Assembly (NCBI GenBank): GCA_043803405.1
Contig: JAZDKB010000019.1
Span: 32,001-96,000, forward strand
DNA from: Spirochaetota bacterium
Lineage (GTDB): Bacteria > Spirochaetota > UBA4802 > JAFGDQ01
Direction of reading: 5' to 3'
Length of the DNA: 64,000 bases
In this document: positions 1 through 10,555 of the stretch, one piece after another
Layout of the letters: the number at the start of each line of letters is the position of its first letter
Position numbering within the stretch: position 1 is the stretch's first letter
Notes under the pieces: generated by a model
Seen by the model: only the letters and a program-made list of their open reading frames with translations
Database searches by the model: none
Told to the model about the DNA's origin: nothing
Translations under genes and position numbers: made by a program

Positions 1-349
1 TCACTATTTTTTCAATGACAAAGCATTCCCACTTAAACATTGTTTCAGTTTTTGTATTTTTACAGAATTCAAGATATTCATTTAACTTTTCAAATAAAAG
101 AAATGAACTTTCGGTTTTAATCAGTTGCTTTTCTAAATTTTCGATTTTTTCAATGAGCGGTGACTTGTCTGAAGAGTCTTCAAGCAGTCTTGTTTGCCAA
201 CGACTATACATTGATTTAACAATACTGGGCTTGCATTTAACCTGCTTCCTAAATCTTTTTCCTGAGATGGGGTCAGTGTAATCAAACCTGTATGTTAACT
301 GGCTAAATTCGTCAGCTTTTTCGTTGATGTATTTTTTTACGTATCTCAT
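1..349 (-). CDS. Probable tyrosine integrase, N-terminal part (runs off the left edge)
   Basis: Not in the ORF track. Manual translation from ATG at 349 (RBS AGGAGA upstream) gives MRYVKKYINEKADEFSQLTYRFDYTDPISGKRFRKQ..., open to the window edge. YRFDYTDPISGKRFRK resembles an arm-DNA-binding domain. Catalytic domain not visible. Confidence 0.6.
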   Translation of the reverse strand, partial: MRYVKKYINEKADEFSQLTYRFDYTDPISGKRFRKQVKCKPSIVKSMYSRWQTRLLEDSSDKSPLIEKIENLEKQLIKTESSFLLFEKLNEYLEFCKNTKTETMFKWECFVIEKIV

Positions 350-446
350 ATTGTTTTCTCCTATTGTTTACATAGGGGAAGAAGAGATACACTTTGCTTT
401 ATAAATAACATCTTATTCATACTACCTTCTCTTGCAAATACAATTT

Positions 447-632
447 TTAATTGATTTTTGAATTATTAATAATCAATAAAATCTCATCTAACTTAAATAA
501 GAATCTTCTTCCGTTTAAAGAATAAGCCGGTAATATCTTTTCTCTTACCATCTTTTGTATGCTATAAACAGGCACCGAGATTAAGGTGCTTAATTCTTTT
601 GAATTAACAAATAATTTTTCCTTCTTCTCCAT
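447..632 (-). CDS. Excisionase-like helix-turn-helix DNA-binding protein
   Basis: ~60 aa, SKELSTLISVPVYSIQKMVREKILPAYSLNGRRFLF is a typical Xis/HTH_17 pattern. RBS GAGGTGA precedes the ATG at 632. Directly upstream of the integrase-like ORF. Confidence 0.75.
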   Translation of the reverse strand: MEKKEKLFVNSKELSTLISVPVYSIQKMVREKILPAYSLNGRRFLFKLDEILLIINNSKIN

Positions 633-778
633 GATCACCTCTATTTATATGAGGTATTTAATATCAAGTATTTCCACTTTTACTTTTTCAAGGCAACCTT
701 CAAACATCTATAAGTCCAGCACTTGTATGATCTTATTTTGTCATCGAGGCAGCAGATTTAGTGACAACTTTAATATTT

Positions 779-1159
779 TTAATTCTCAATAAAATTAGTC
801 TTAAAATTTTTACAAGTATATGGAACAAGTTCTTGTTCGAAACCATTCTTAAATCTTTTAGTGAATAGAAAATTCTCTTCGAATTTGGAAAGTTCGCTAA
901 ACGTTATATACAAGTTGTCATTTTTAAAATTTTGATTTCGATTGTTAACAATATCCTTAATATCGTTATACATTTTTTCATCTACGAAAATTGAAACCCA
1001 TATACCCTTGACCATATCTCTGCCGATACAAGTAAAAGTCGAAGGTAAGGGTTTTACACCTAGGCTTGTATTTACAATGTGAATTTTGCCTAAAGACAAA
1101 TCTTCAAACTTAACATCAACGTGTTTTAAATTTTCACTCATAACTTTTCTCCTTATCAT
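779..1159 (-). CDS. Hypothetical protein
   Basis: 126-aa ORF co-oriented with the element core genes; AGGAGA precedes an internal ATG. Confidence 0.55.
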   Translation of the reverse strand: MIRRKVMSENLKHVDVKFEDLSLGKIHIVNTSLGVKPLPSTFTCIGRDMVKGIWVSIFVDEKMYNDIKDIVNNRNQNFKNDNLYITFSELSKFEENFLFTKRFKNGFEQELVPYTCKNFKTNFIEN

Positions 1160-1215
1160 TATTTATATTTTTAGAAACGACCTGTTTCTTATTATGCTAA
1201 CTAAAATCGAGCTTA

Positions 1216-1596
1216 TTAAATATCGAGAATTGTCACTCTCGGTTTTTGTCCGGGCAATCTATGAACTGCTATCAACTCAGAACTTTCTAAGACTTTTAAC
1301 GCTCTTGAAGCAGCTGATCTGTCGAAACCCCATTCAGTTCCGATTCGAGATAAATTGATTGCTACTTTAGCATTGCCATTCATACCAGCAATGTGCCAAA
1401 TATGAATCGCTAAGTGTAAAGCCTTACCCGGTAACCCACCTGCAATAATTATCCATTTCCAAGGAATCGGGCCTTTTAAAAATCTTTCACCTTTCCCGTA
1501 TTTTGGCAATTTTGACTTATCCTGTTTAACAGGTTTCTTTATCGCCGTATCTACTTTCAATTCTATATCCTCTATGTTTTTGAAAAAATCATCCAT
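1216..1596 (-). CDS. Small winged-helix/HTH protein associated with PolA
   Basis: C-terminal HTH-like segment (LSRIGTEWGFDRSAASRALKVLESSELI); AGGAG RBS. Confidence 0.65.
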   Translation of the reverse strand: MDDFFKNIEDIELKVDTAIKKPVKQDKSKLPKYGKGERFLKGPIPWKWIIIAGGLPGKALHLAIHIWHIAGMNGNAKVAINLSRIGTEWGFDRSAASRALKVLESSELIAVHRLPGQKPRVTILDI

Positions 1597-1656
1597 TGTC
1601 TGTTGTGCTCCTTTAAATTAACTAAATGCTCTTCAATAAACCTTTATATTAAACTG

Positions 1657-3444
1657 TTAGATAGAAAGTTTATTCATAGAAAGCCTGTTTTCTGCTAATC
1701 CGAATTCATTGATAATATCATTTACAGTATTCCACATTTTTTCACCTCTTGGGTCACTATAGCGTGCAGGAGAATCAATTCTCTTTACGTCAGACGTTAA
1801 TTCGAAGCCATCCAATACCACTTTACTTGCTTTTGCCATTGCCTGCTTTGTTGCCCTTATAGATTCCTCAATAGTTTCGACAGGTGCTTCTATTAGTAAT
1901 GCGTCGTGAATAGGTGTGCAGATTTTTACTCCATTTTGAATAGCATAGCAACATGCCAATCTCATCATTTCGGCACCATTGGATTGCATTAAAAAATTCT
2001 TTATTGTAGTTTCTTTTGTTTTGGTTGTGATATGCAATGTCCAACCGAATACAGTTTTTAAATATCCATACAATTGGGCATAATCGAAGACATTCTCTAT
2101 CCAAGTCCAGAATTTTGGAAAAGTTTTATGATGTAATGCTATCAACTTTTCAGCTTCTCTTTCATCTCCACCAATCCGAATAGATAAACTTTTCTTGCCC
2201 ATCCCGTATAGTACACCCAATGCGCACTGTTTAAATAGATCTCGCTCTCTGGGATGAGTCTCTTTCGTTGCATTTTCGGGAACGACTCCAGCTAGTTTTG
2301 CAAACTGTAGGTAAGGGTCGCCTGATAAATAAGAGTTCATCATATTTTGATCTTTTGAAAGTGCAGCAGCTATACCGAATTCCTGTTGTGACCAGTCTAT
2401 ATATACAATAGCGTAACCTTGACTGGGCTTTATTAACACTCTTAGCCAAACAGATGGTCCGAAGATGTTTTTATTATTTCTCGGTTGATTCCTTCCTGTT
2501 ATGCTCCCAAATGCAGATAATATAAAGCGGTTCCTGTAATCTGAACCAATTGAAAGATCATTGAGCCTCATTCTATTTAAAGTTACTCTGAGTTCCCGAA
2601 GTGGATTAATGTTCGGGTAGATTTTAGACATCTCACTAAAGGTTTTGTCGTCTAATTTTAAGTGTCCGGAATCATGTCTTGGCCAAATATAATTATTCTT
2701 TTTCAACCAAGCCTCAAATTTTGCTGTTTTAAACGTTTTACCATTTTCATAAACGTTGTATTCTTTATCAATTTTAGAAATGAGGGTTTCTTTGATCATT
2801 TCCCAATTGTCTTTCAGGATTGTGTACAATGTATGATCTATTGGAATTCCGTAGCGCTCCATTATAGCAGCACATTTCATGTACTCTCCTCTCAATAAAG
2901 CATATGAGATGTTTATTTGCGGGATTATTTTGTACCAAAGTTGAGACAATGCTTTAACATCTGATTCACAATAAGACCAAATATATTCTTTATCTTTCTC
3001 AGACCATTTTTCATTTAAAATGAGATTTATCATGCCCTCTTTTTCTTGATAAGTGATCGAATCTAAACCATAATATAGCAGGGCATCAATTAACCCTCTT
3101 CTTCCTTTTTTCTTTTTATCAGGATTAAAAGGTAATTCGAGACCATTTGTGAGATTTTTAAATTCTATGCAAAGGTCGATTACATAATGTGGTAGCTGCC
3201 ACCCCAAAGATAGATGACACCCAAACTCAGCGCTTGCATAATAAGCAACGAAGATAGCATTAGAATTTATTGGATATGGTGGTAATTTGAAATTCGAAAA
3301 TTCTTCTTTCCATATCCTTATTATCTGACCACTTAACAACTCTTGCGCTACAAGACAAATTGGGATTGGCAATTCACCTTCAGAATTAAAGAATTCAAAA
3401 TCAACAAACCAAATTTCTTTTCCTGATAAATTAAAATCTTTCAT
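1657..3444 (-). CDS. Family A DNA polymerase with 3'-5' exonuclease and polymerase domains, no 5'-3' exonuclease (mobile-element type)
   Basis: ExoI VDFEF, ExoIII YCESD, motif A DWSQQE, motif B RDLFKQCALGVLYG, motif C PIHDALL, TGR motif; 595 aa. Confidence 0.93.
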   Translation of the reverse strand: MKDFNLSGKEIWFVDFEFFNSEGELPIPICLVAQELLSGQIIRIWKEEFSNFKLPPYPINSNAIFVAYYASAEFGCHLSLGWQLPHYVIDLCIEFKNLTNGLELPFNPDKKKKGRRGLIDALLYYGLDSITYQEKEGMINLILNEKWSEKDKEYIWSYCESDVKALSQLWYKIIPQINISYALLRGEYMKCAAIMERYGIPIDHTLYTILKDNWEMIKETLISKIDKEYNVYENGKTFKTAKFEAWLKKNNYIWPRHDSGHLKLDDKTFSEMSKIYPNINPLRELRVTLNRMRLNDLSIGSDYRNRFILSAFGSITGRNQPRNNKNIFGPSVWLRVLIKPSQGYAIVYIDWSQQEFGIAAALSKDQNMMNSYLSGDPYLQFAKLAGVVPENATKETHPRERDLFKQCALGVLYGMGKKSLSIRIGGDEREAEKLIALHHKTFPKFWTWIENVFDYAQLYGYLKTVFGWTLHITTKTKETTIKNFLMQSNGAEMMRLACCYAIQNGVKICTPIHDALLIEAPVETIEESIRATKQAMAKASKVVLDGFELTSDVKRIDSPARYSDPRGEKMWNTVNDIINEFGLAENRLSMNKLSI

Positions 3445-4031
3445 CGTATTCCTCTAAGATTTTTTACAACTGGATGATCTACAGATTCAATAGTCCTGTT
3501 TTTGAATGCTATTCTAAGAATTTCATTGAATGTAATATCCGGCCATTCCGGTTCTGGGAAGTTGTCAACAGGCTCGTAGATCTGATATCGGTTTTGTGAT
3601 TGATTGGAACGTACTCTGATCCATTTATTAATTGCAAATTGGGCTGCCTCTAAGGCAGATTTATGCCATTGATTGTCACTGGGGTATGGCACCGGCCAGA
3701 TAAAAAGTTCCCCTTGTAATGTGATTGATGTAAATAATTTAACCTGAATCGCTTCATCGGATAATTCAGAGATTAGGCTAGGATGAATAAAATAAGTTTC
3801 ACCTTTTTCTTTTAAATTTATTATTAGAGCTGATATTACCCATTTAGAATGACTTCTTATAAATTGCTGCTTATCCGGTTTTTTAGTTTGGATTTCAGTT
3901 AGGATTTTTTTAATAATTTTTTCCTCAGAGAAATCCTGAGATATTTTTAACGTGTCAAGATTTGAAAAAATATCTTGATCGTTTGATGTGTTTTGAGCTT
4001 CTTCAAAACTTTTTGAATTATCAATATTCAT
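3441..4031 (-). CDS. Hypothetical protein translationally coupled to PolA (possible ssDNA-binding or accessory factor)
   Basis: 196 aa; 4-bp ATGA overlap with the polymerase gene; AGGAG RBS. Function inferred from context only. Confidence 0.65.
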   Translation of the reverse strand: MNIDNSKSFEEAQNTSNDQDIFSNLDTLKISQDFSEEKIIKKILTEIQTKKPDKQQFIRSHSKWVISALIINLKEKGETYFIHPSLISELSDEAIQVKLFTSITLQGELFIWPVPYPSDNQWHKSALEAAQFAINKWIRVRSNQSQNRYQIYEPVDNFPEPEWPDITFNEILRIAFKNRTIESVDHPVVKNLRGIR

Positions 4032-4228
4032 AAGCTACTCCTACATTGAAGTTGTTTTATATAATCAACGTACAGAAAGGATATAACTAAGAATATTTTT
4101 ATTAATTTAATTAAAAGATCAGGAGGAATAATATTTTAAACAAACAGAATGGAGAGTATAGTTTTTGTTAATTTCTTATGATTGCGGATTTTAACTGTAA
4201 ATTATTGTGTAAGAATAATAAAAATGGG

Positions 4229-6109
4229 TTACCTGTTTTCTATTTCAGTTTTCATAGTTATAAATTTATTGTTTAATTCTTTACGAAGATTTGAATCTTT
4301 TTTTTCAATTCTTGCTAATAATGAAGCAGCTATTCCTAACTTGTTCGCTAGGTCTTTTTGTTTAATATTATTTATTTTTCTGAATTCTCTTATTTCTGAG
4401 CCAGAGTATACCTCTTGCTCCAATTTAGATAATCTATAATAATGTGTATCATTATAATTGGAAATTTTTTTTGATAGCCAAGTGGGTTTTGCAATATGTA
4501 TGGAGCATTCTGACCATTGATTATCAACAAGTTCAGAAGGTTTTTGTTTTATTACTTTATAAGGTTTCTTTTTTGTATTACTTTCTAAATTAATGATTGG
4601 ATATTTGATCTTATTCAATCTGGATTTTTTATTTTTTATCTTTGATGAATCTTCTTCTTTTACAGTAATCCATTCACCTATATAACCCTTTTTCCTAAGT
4701 TTTTCAAGAGTTCCTTCTAACATTTCGATTCTTTTTGCACCGTATGACCCAGAAGATTCCTTTTCGGCATATGAATCTAAACCGCATCTTTTAATAAGAT
4801 CCGTAACTGATATTATAATATCTTCACAGGCTACCCATTGTAATGCTAAATTTGTCATCAGGAAAAATATTAAGTAATTTTCTCCTATCCCTTCTTTAAC
4901 AATCGCTTTTGGAAGTATAGTATAATTATTCTCGTCGAAATATGTCTTGTTCAGTTTTAGTCTTAATCTAAATTTCCTAATATCATTTATTGTTGGTTCA
5001 AAATCTAATTTATATATTTCAAGCTTATCACCTGAATAAGAAAAAAATACTTTACTCCTTTGATCATATTTATGAATATTTATTTTGTTAACACTTTTAT
5101 TTGGTTTTGCCAATATATAAACATTGCTGAAGACAAATAGAATTTTAATAAAATCTTTCTTTTCATAATCCTTTATCTGAATACCTTTTGCTTTTAATCC
5201 TTTTAAATAATCGGCCATACTTCCATCAATCTCTCTTTGCCTGCCTTTCCTTTCAAAGTTTAAAAAAATTGCTAATAAGTAACGCAGTCCTTTTGGACTA
5301 AATGCTTCGTTCATTAAACTTTTTATAAAATTTTCAACAGTTTTAAAATTTTCATCTTTCAATTTTCCAAAATAATATTTTTCTAAAGATGATTTATCCA
5401 AACTTAAAGAATAGGTAATGCCTAAATAATCTATCTTTATTATATATTGATCTTTTTGAGTAGTAAATTCAAGGTTATCAAAAAATCCTCTATCTCTTCC
5501 AAATTTATCTTCAGCAACTCCGGAGAACAGAGGCAGATAGAGTTTTAACCATAAAGGTATTGGAAATACTTCACTATATATAATCGAATCTATATCCTGA
5601 TTCCGCTTTTCCCATTGAGACTCAACATAACATAAAATGATTAAGGTTATGTCTGCAATATACTCTCCAGTTATATTATTTATATTTTCCTTGGTTGGTG
5701 GACATTTGAATATATCGACAATATGTTCTGCATCATAATAGTCTGACCAATTATATATTTCTTCAAGAGTGAGGTTGTCGAATTTCTTTAATTTGATTTC
5801 AAGTCTTTCAATTGTTTCCTTAATAGTTTCATATATATCAGCAGTATGGAAATACTGTTTACATTTTACCCATTCATATAGAGGTAAAGCATTAAACAAT
5901 TTTTTAGCTTGCTCTTTATCAAAATATTGGGTCATATCCTTAATAGTTGTTTCTTTTGTTATAGACTTTTTGGGGATTACTGGCCAATCTCCGGGTAATC
6001 TTCTGCGTGGTTGTGAAATGTCAGGTGCATCTTTGAGTTCATACATAGTATTGTCGTAAGTCTCATAGAGAAGGAATGATTTATTGCTATTGGGATTGTT
6101 GTATTCCAT
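4229..6109 (-). CDS. Large protein with C-terminal XRE/Cro-C1 HTH
   Basis: 626 aa; C-terminus EIREFRKINNIKQKDLANKLGIAASLLARIEK is a canonical HTH_3 pattern. Confidence 0.7.
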   Translation of the reverse strand: MEYNNPNSNKSFLLYETYDNTMYELKDAPDISQPRRRLPGDWPVIPKKSITKETTIKDMTQYFDKEQAKKLFNALPLYEWVKCKQYFHTADIYETIKETIERLEIKLKKFDNLTLEEIYNWSDYYDAEHIVDIFKCPPTKENINNITGEYIADITLIILCYVESQWEKRNQDIDSIIYSEVFPIPLWLKLYLPLFSGVAEDKFGRDRGFFDNLEFTTQKDQYIIKIDYLGITYSLSLDKSSLEKYYFGKLKDENFKTVENFIKSLMNEAFSPKGLRYLLAIFLNFERKGRQREIDGSMADYLKGLKAKGIQIKDYEKKDFIKILFVFSNVYILAKPNKSVNKINIHKYDQRSKVFFSYSGDKLEIYKLDFEPTINDIRKFRLRLKLNKTYFDENNYTILPKAIVKEGIGENYLIFFLMTNLALQWVACEDIIISVTDLIKRCGLDSYAEKESSGSYGAKRIEMLEGTLEKLRKKGYIGEWITVKEEDSSKIKNKKSRLNKIKYPIINLESNTKKKPYKVIKQKPSELVDNQWSECSIHIAKPTWLSKKISNYNDTHYYRLSKLEQEVYSGSEIREFRKINNIKQKDLANKLGIAASLLARIEKKDSNLRKELNNKFITMKTEIENR

Positions 6110-6459
6110 AAAATTATTTTTAAAAATTAAAATATTCCATAACTATTATCGGAATATGTTTTACTATATCAATTAATAGAATATATATATATAAGATAGT
6201 ACGGGTGTGCCGAAATGTACCAAGGGATGTGCAATATTGCAACATATTTATCAAAACTGAGGTTGAGATTTTAGTAAGTGTTATTTTCGCTCCAGTAGTC
6301 AGTTCACGGTAAATCCATGTTAACCGTATCTAAATGATTCAGCAGAAGCTTGCGTACTTCTTTGGTTGAGTTTTGAATAAGAATCGGTTGGTGTTATATT
6401 AACATATTTACTAACTCATTTCATATTCTGCACATAATAATTGTATTAAAAATAATAAA

Positions 6460-7968
6460 TTAAGGATTTTCTCTGCTAAACCATGCAACAGCGTTTGTTG
6501 TAAAAGCTGCTACATATATATTCTTTCCATCAGGGGATATTATAACGGAATTTAGCCCATTTATATTTTCATTTGTATAATTGGTTATATATGTAAGAAC
6601 TCCACTGCTTTCGTTTCTTGTAAATAAACCAACTGTTGCACCCCATGTAGTATAATAAACATTTTTATTATCCGGTGATACTATAATAGAGGTTACCATA
6701 CTACTCCCAAAACCTGAATAACTATTTACAAATGTTAGTACTCCTGTGATTAAATTTCTTGTAAATAAATAAACTAAAGGTGAGGATGTACTTGCTGCAT
6801 ATAAGCTTACCCCATCTGAAGATATTGTGACAACACCTAAATAGCCACTTGGTGAATATTTATTTATATAACTAAGTTCTCCCGTAGTCTCATTTCTAGT
6901 AAATAGTGAGATGCTATCTTCTGTTGGGACATAGAGATGTTTTCCATCAGAAGATATTGTAATACTATTTGGCCACCATAAACCGGAAACAATATACCTG
7001 TCAACATATGTTAGCGCTCCAGTAGTCTCATTCCTACTAAACCATGCAATAGCATCGGAAGCCAATGCACTGACATATATAAATTTTCCATCTGGAGAAA
7101 CTATAATAAAACATGGCGTTTCAATACTTATATCTGAATAACTACCACTATATGTAAGAGCACCTGTTCCGCTATCCCGACTAAACCAGGCTACTGTGTC
7201 AGAGCCGTCTGCTACTATGTAGACATGCATTCCATCAGAAGAAATTGCAATGGATGTAGGGCTTACAATTTCTGTGCTAGAATATTTATCAATATATGTA
7301 AGAGCTCCTGTTGTCTCGTTTCTACTAAACCATGCAACAAGACAACTATTATCATCTTTTTTAACAGACACTCCATATGCATTTTTACCATCAGGAGAGA
7401 CTGTAACACCCATTGTACCTCCTAACTCAATATTTGAATACATGCCAGCATATAAAAGTCTGCTATCTGCAATTACGTTTCCTTTTAGATATATTATATA
7501 TGGGTTTTTAGTTGAATCATTGTTCTTAATAGTTATTATAGCATTTTTTTCTCCGACATTATCAGCATTGAATTTTACAGTGAATGTTAGATATTTACTG
7601 GGATAAATGTTGTAATATGCTGGCTGTGTTAATGAATAATAATCAGAGTTAGTTATTGTTATAGCTTCAAATATTTCTAAAACAAAACTACCATTATTTT
7701 TTATTGTAAACTCTATTTCGCTCGATGCACCTAACCATAAATCACCGAAATCGTAAAGATCGCCAGATGTTATATTATTACCATTCTGCTCTATGGCCAT
7801 ATCTGGTACAATCATATCTAGTTTAGAATTATCTATACAGCTAATAATGTTAAATAAAATAATTAATAAACCAATTTGGATTATTTGCCCAAGAGTGTTT
7901 TTATTTTTTTTCATGTTAAAAATATCCTTATTTATTAAACTTAAACATGGATAGTTTACTAAGGTCAA
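6460..7968 (-). CDS. Lipoprotein with Ig-like (ASH/choice-of-anchor D-like) domain and lactonase-family beta-propeller
   Basis: Lipobox IISC; repeats of ISPDGKxxYV...WFSRNETTGALT. True start probably at the second Met (MKKNKN). Confidence 0.8.
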   Translation of the reverse strand: MTLVNYPCLSLINKDIFNMKKNKNTLGQIIQIGLLIILFNIISCIDNSKLDMIVPDMAIEQNGNNITSGDLYDFGDLWLGASSEIEFTIKNNGSFVLEIFEAITITNSDYYSLTQPAYYNIYPSKYLTFTVKFNADNVGEKNAIITIKNNDSTKNPYIIYLKGNVIADSRLLYAGMYSNIELGGTMGVTVSPDGKNAYGVSVKKDDNSCLVAWFSRNETTGALTYIDKYSSTEIVSPTSIAISSDGMHVYIVADGSDTVAWFSRDSGTGALTYSGSYSDISIETPCFIIVSPDGKFIYVSALASDAIAWFSRNETTGALTYVDRYIVSGLWWPNSITISSDGKHLYVPTEDSISLFTRNETTGELSYINKYSPSGYLGVVTISSDGVSLYAASTSSPLVYLFTRNLITGVLTFVNSYSGFGSSMVTSIIVSPDNKNVYYTTWGATVGLFTRNESSGVLTYITNYTNENINGLNSVIISPDGKNIYVAAFTTNAVAWFSRENP

Positions 7969-9419
7969 TCTCTGCTAAACCAGATAACTGCATTACACCA
8001 GTCAGCTGCAACATATATATTATTTCCATCTGGGGATATAGCAAGTGAATATGCTTCGTCTATATTACTTTCATTAGTGTATTTTCCAGTATACGCAAGT
8101 TCACCGGTAGACTCATCCCTTACATACCAAAAAACGGAATCTGTAACTTCTGAAGTAACATAAGCATTTTTCCCATCAGGATGGATAATAAGTGATTGAG
8201 GATAATCTACGTCTTCATAATAGATATAATTACTATTAGTGAGATCACCGGTGTCTGTATCCCTGGCGAATGAATAAATTGAACCGCCAATGCCATAGTG
8301 CACTACATAAACATATTTACCATCAGGAGAAATGGCAACAGACCGGGCATTAGTTATATTATGTGAGATCGTTTTATCTACAAAAGTAAGATCGCCAGAA
8401 CTTGCATCCCTGTCAAACCATGAAACTGAACCATCTACTTCAGCTGCTATATATATATTATTCCCATCCGGAGATATTACAATTGAATTTACTCCATCAA
8501 TATTTACATTTGAATAGCTATTCCGAAATGTTAACTCTCCGGTAGTTGTATTTCTGTTAAACCATGCAATTGTATCAGCAGCATAACCAATAACATAAAC
8601 ATGCTTTCCGTCAGGAGAGACGGTAACATAATTTGCTTGATCAATGATTGAATTAGTATAATTGTTAAGATAAGTGAGGTAGCCGGTGGTTGTGTTTCTA
8701 CTAAACCATGCGATTGTGTCAGATTCTTCTGCGGTCACATATGCATTTTTACCATCCGGAGATATAGCAACACAATTTGCCCCGTTAAGAATAGTTACAT
8801 CCCTATATCTAAAACTCCATGTTAAAGCTCCTGTGCTCTCATTTCTATTAAACCAACTGACTGCATCATAATAATATGAAGTAGCATAGACATGCCTTCC
8901 GTCAGGAGAGACTGCTACAGAACGGCAAAGCCCTACATTGGTAAGTGATTGATATTTATCAATGTATTCCAGTCTCCCTCCCCCTAATCCAGATCCCTTT
9001 ACACTAAATGTATATGGATCCTGTAATGAATCATTACTATTAATTGTTATTATGGTCGATCTTTCTCCTTTATTCTTCGGGTTATAAATTACTGTGAAAT
9101 TTTCATTCCCACCAATTTCAATCATAGTATTTGCAGGTTGTTGAACTGAGAAATCATCACTATTGCTTGTTTCAATATCTCCATTAATCCTAAGAGCAAA
9201 ATTACCAGTATTTTCAATTGTAAATTCAATATAATTTGACAATCCTATTGCCAAACTATTAAAGGTGTACCCCAATTCTCCAGGAAGAATAGCATTATTA
9301 CTAAGCCTCACCTGTATATCAGGTATAACCATATCCATTTTGGGAGTATCAAAACAAGTGATTATATTAAATATTATAAAGATAATGGGGATTATTTTTT
9401 TAAAGATATTTATCTTCAT
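7965..9419 (-). CDS. Lipoprotein with Ig-like domain and lactonase-family beta-propeller (paralogue of 6460-7968)
   Basis: Lipobox IITC; same SPDG blade repeats and domain order. Confidence 0.8.
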   Translation of the reverse strand: MKINIFKKIIPIIFIIFNIITCFDTPKMDMVIPDIQVRLSNNAILPGELGYTFNSLAIGLSNYIEFTIENTGNFALRINGDIETSNSDDFSVQQPANTMIEIGGNENFTVIYNPKNKGERSTIITINSNDSLQDPYTFSVKGSGLGGGRLEYIDKYQSLTNVGLCRSVAVSPDGRHVYATSYYYDAVSWFNRNESTGALTWSFRYRDVTILNGANCVAISPDGKNAYVTAEESDTIAWFSRNTTTGYLTYLNNYTNSIIDQANYVTVSPDGKHVYVIGYAADTIAWFNRNTTTGELTFRNSYSNVNIDGVNSIVISPDGNNIYIAAEVDGSVSWFDRDASSGDLTFVDKTISHNITNARSVAISPDGKYVYVVHYGIGGSIYSFARDTDTGDLTNSNYIYYEDVDYPQSLIIHPDGKNAYVTSEVTDSVFWYVRDESTGELAYTGKYTNESNIDEAYSLAISPDGNNIYVAADWCNAVIWFSRD

Positions 9420-9438
9420 CTTCTTATCTCCAGAATAG

Positions 9439-10374
9439 TTAAAATTTCTTAACGATACTTGCCCCTAAGTAGCTTTCTTGATAATAATTTTTATTATTAT
9501 TTAGATTTATGTTAAATGAAATGCTGCTTTCGTTCGCATTTTCTAGTTTTCCAATTTTTTTATCTAAGTAATGACTTGAAAAGAAAAATACATCTACTAA
9601 ATTTAAAGTATAAACCAGAGCAAAAGCACCAATAGATATTTTAGCCATTGTTGCTGAATCTTTGCTTTCTTTATAATTTTTTTCATATGTACTTACTGGT
9701 GAACCATCTGGTGTTTTTTCATATGTAGACCTTTTCTCAGTGTAATTATAGATAGAATATCCCATGAAAGCTCCTGATAAAATGAAGCTCCCCATAAATA
9801 TGCATCCGTTTACCTTTCTCCCAACATAAAATTGTCCAAGTCCAGGGACAATGCTTCTTGCATAATAGCCTGTTTTAGATAGTGGAGTTAATATGTCTTT
9901 ATCTCCAGATATGATTCTATGCGCAAGATCCTTTGCGAGATCTGCAGCAGTTTTGTCAACATCATCTATAGACGGAGATTCACCTCTTGATGAAAATAGA
10001 GATACACCGCTTTCAACATCAACGTATCTAACATTTATTAAAATTGACTTTGTAATAGATGAAACTTCACCAACTACTATTTTTCTTGCTGATAAAAGTT
10101 TCCCAAACTGAACAGCACATGCAGAATCAGTACAACCGGACATTTGTAGCTCTTGTTCTTTAAGAATTTCTTCCATTTGTGCTCTTTCGACAACAACAAA
10201 GTTACCAATATTAATAAATTCTGAGCGAAATATTTCAGATATTGCATTTGATACAATTTTAGGAACGCCATTTGGCGCGAAATCAAGAACTGCGATAGTT
10301 ACTTTATCCTCAGAAAAAGCAGTAGAAATAAATGATAAAAAGAATAAAACAAATAAAAACCTAAACCTTTGCAT
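9439..10374 (-). CDS. CsgG/HfaB-like (TolB_N/FlgO-type) domain protein with hydrophobic C-terminal region
   Basis: Signal peptide; IAVLDF...VVERAQMEEILKEQELQMSGCTDSACAVQFGKLL; C-terminal SIVPGLGQFY motif and a hydrophobic helix. Confidence 0.8.
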   Translation of the reverse strand: MQRFRFLFVLFFLSFISTAFSEDKVTIAVLDFAPNGVPKIVSNAISEIFRSEFINIGNFVVVERAQMEEILKEQELQMSGCTDSACAVQFGKLLSARKIVVGEVSSITKSILINVRYVDVESGVSLFSSRGESPSIDDVDKTAADLAKDLAHRIISGDKDILTPLSKTGYYARSIVPGLGQFYVGRKVNGCIFMGSFILSGAFMGYSIYNYTEKRSTYEKTPDGSPVSTYEKNYKESKDSATMAKISIGAFALVYTLNLVDVFFFSSHYLDKKIGKLENANESSISFNINLNNNKNYYQESYLGASIVKKF

Positions 10375-10555
10375 GCTAATCCTCCAATATTTTTATCCAT
10401 TTTTAAATCGTTACTATTGCTCAAGAACAAAATTACGCTAAAATAATTTCAACTTAGGAAATGTAAATTCTTATCATTTTATTTTGTGTCCCACTGTCAA
10501 GTGAATACCATCATTATACACACAACCGAATCTGACTCACTTCAGCAATTTTAAT

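Noticed and set aside
15..281. 88-aa plus-strand ORF
   Set aside because: It is antisense to the integrase-like frame, which has an RBS and a recognisable motif.
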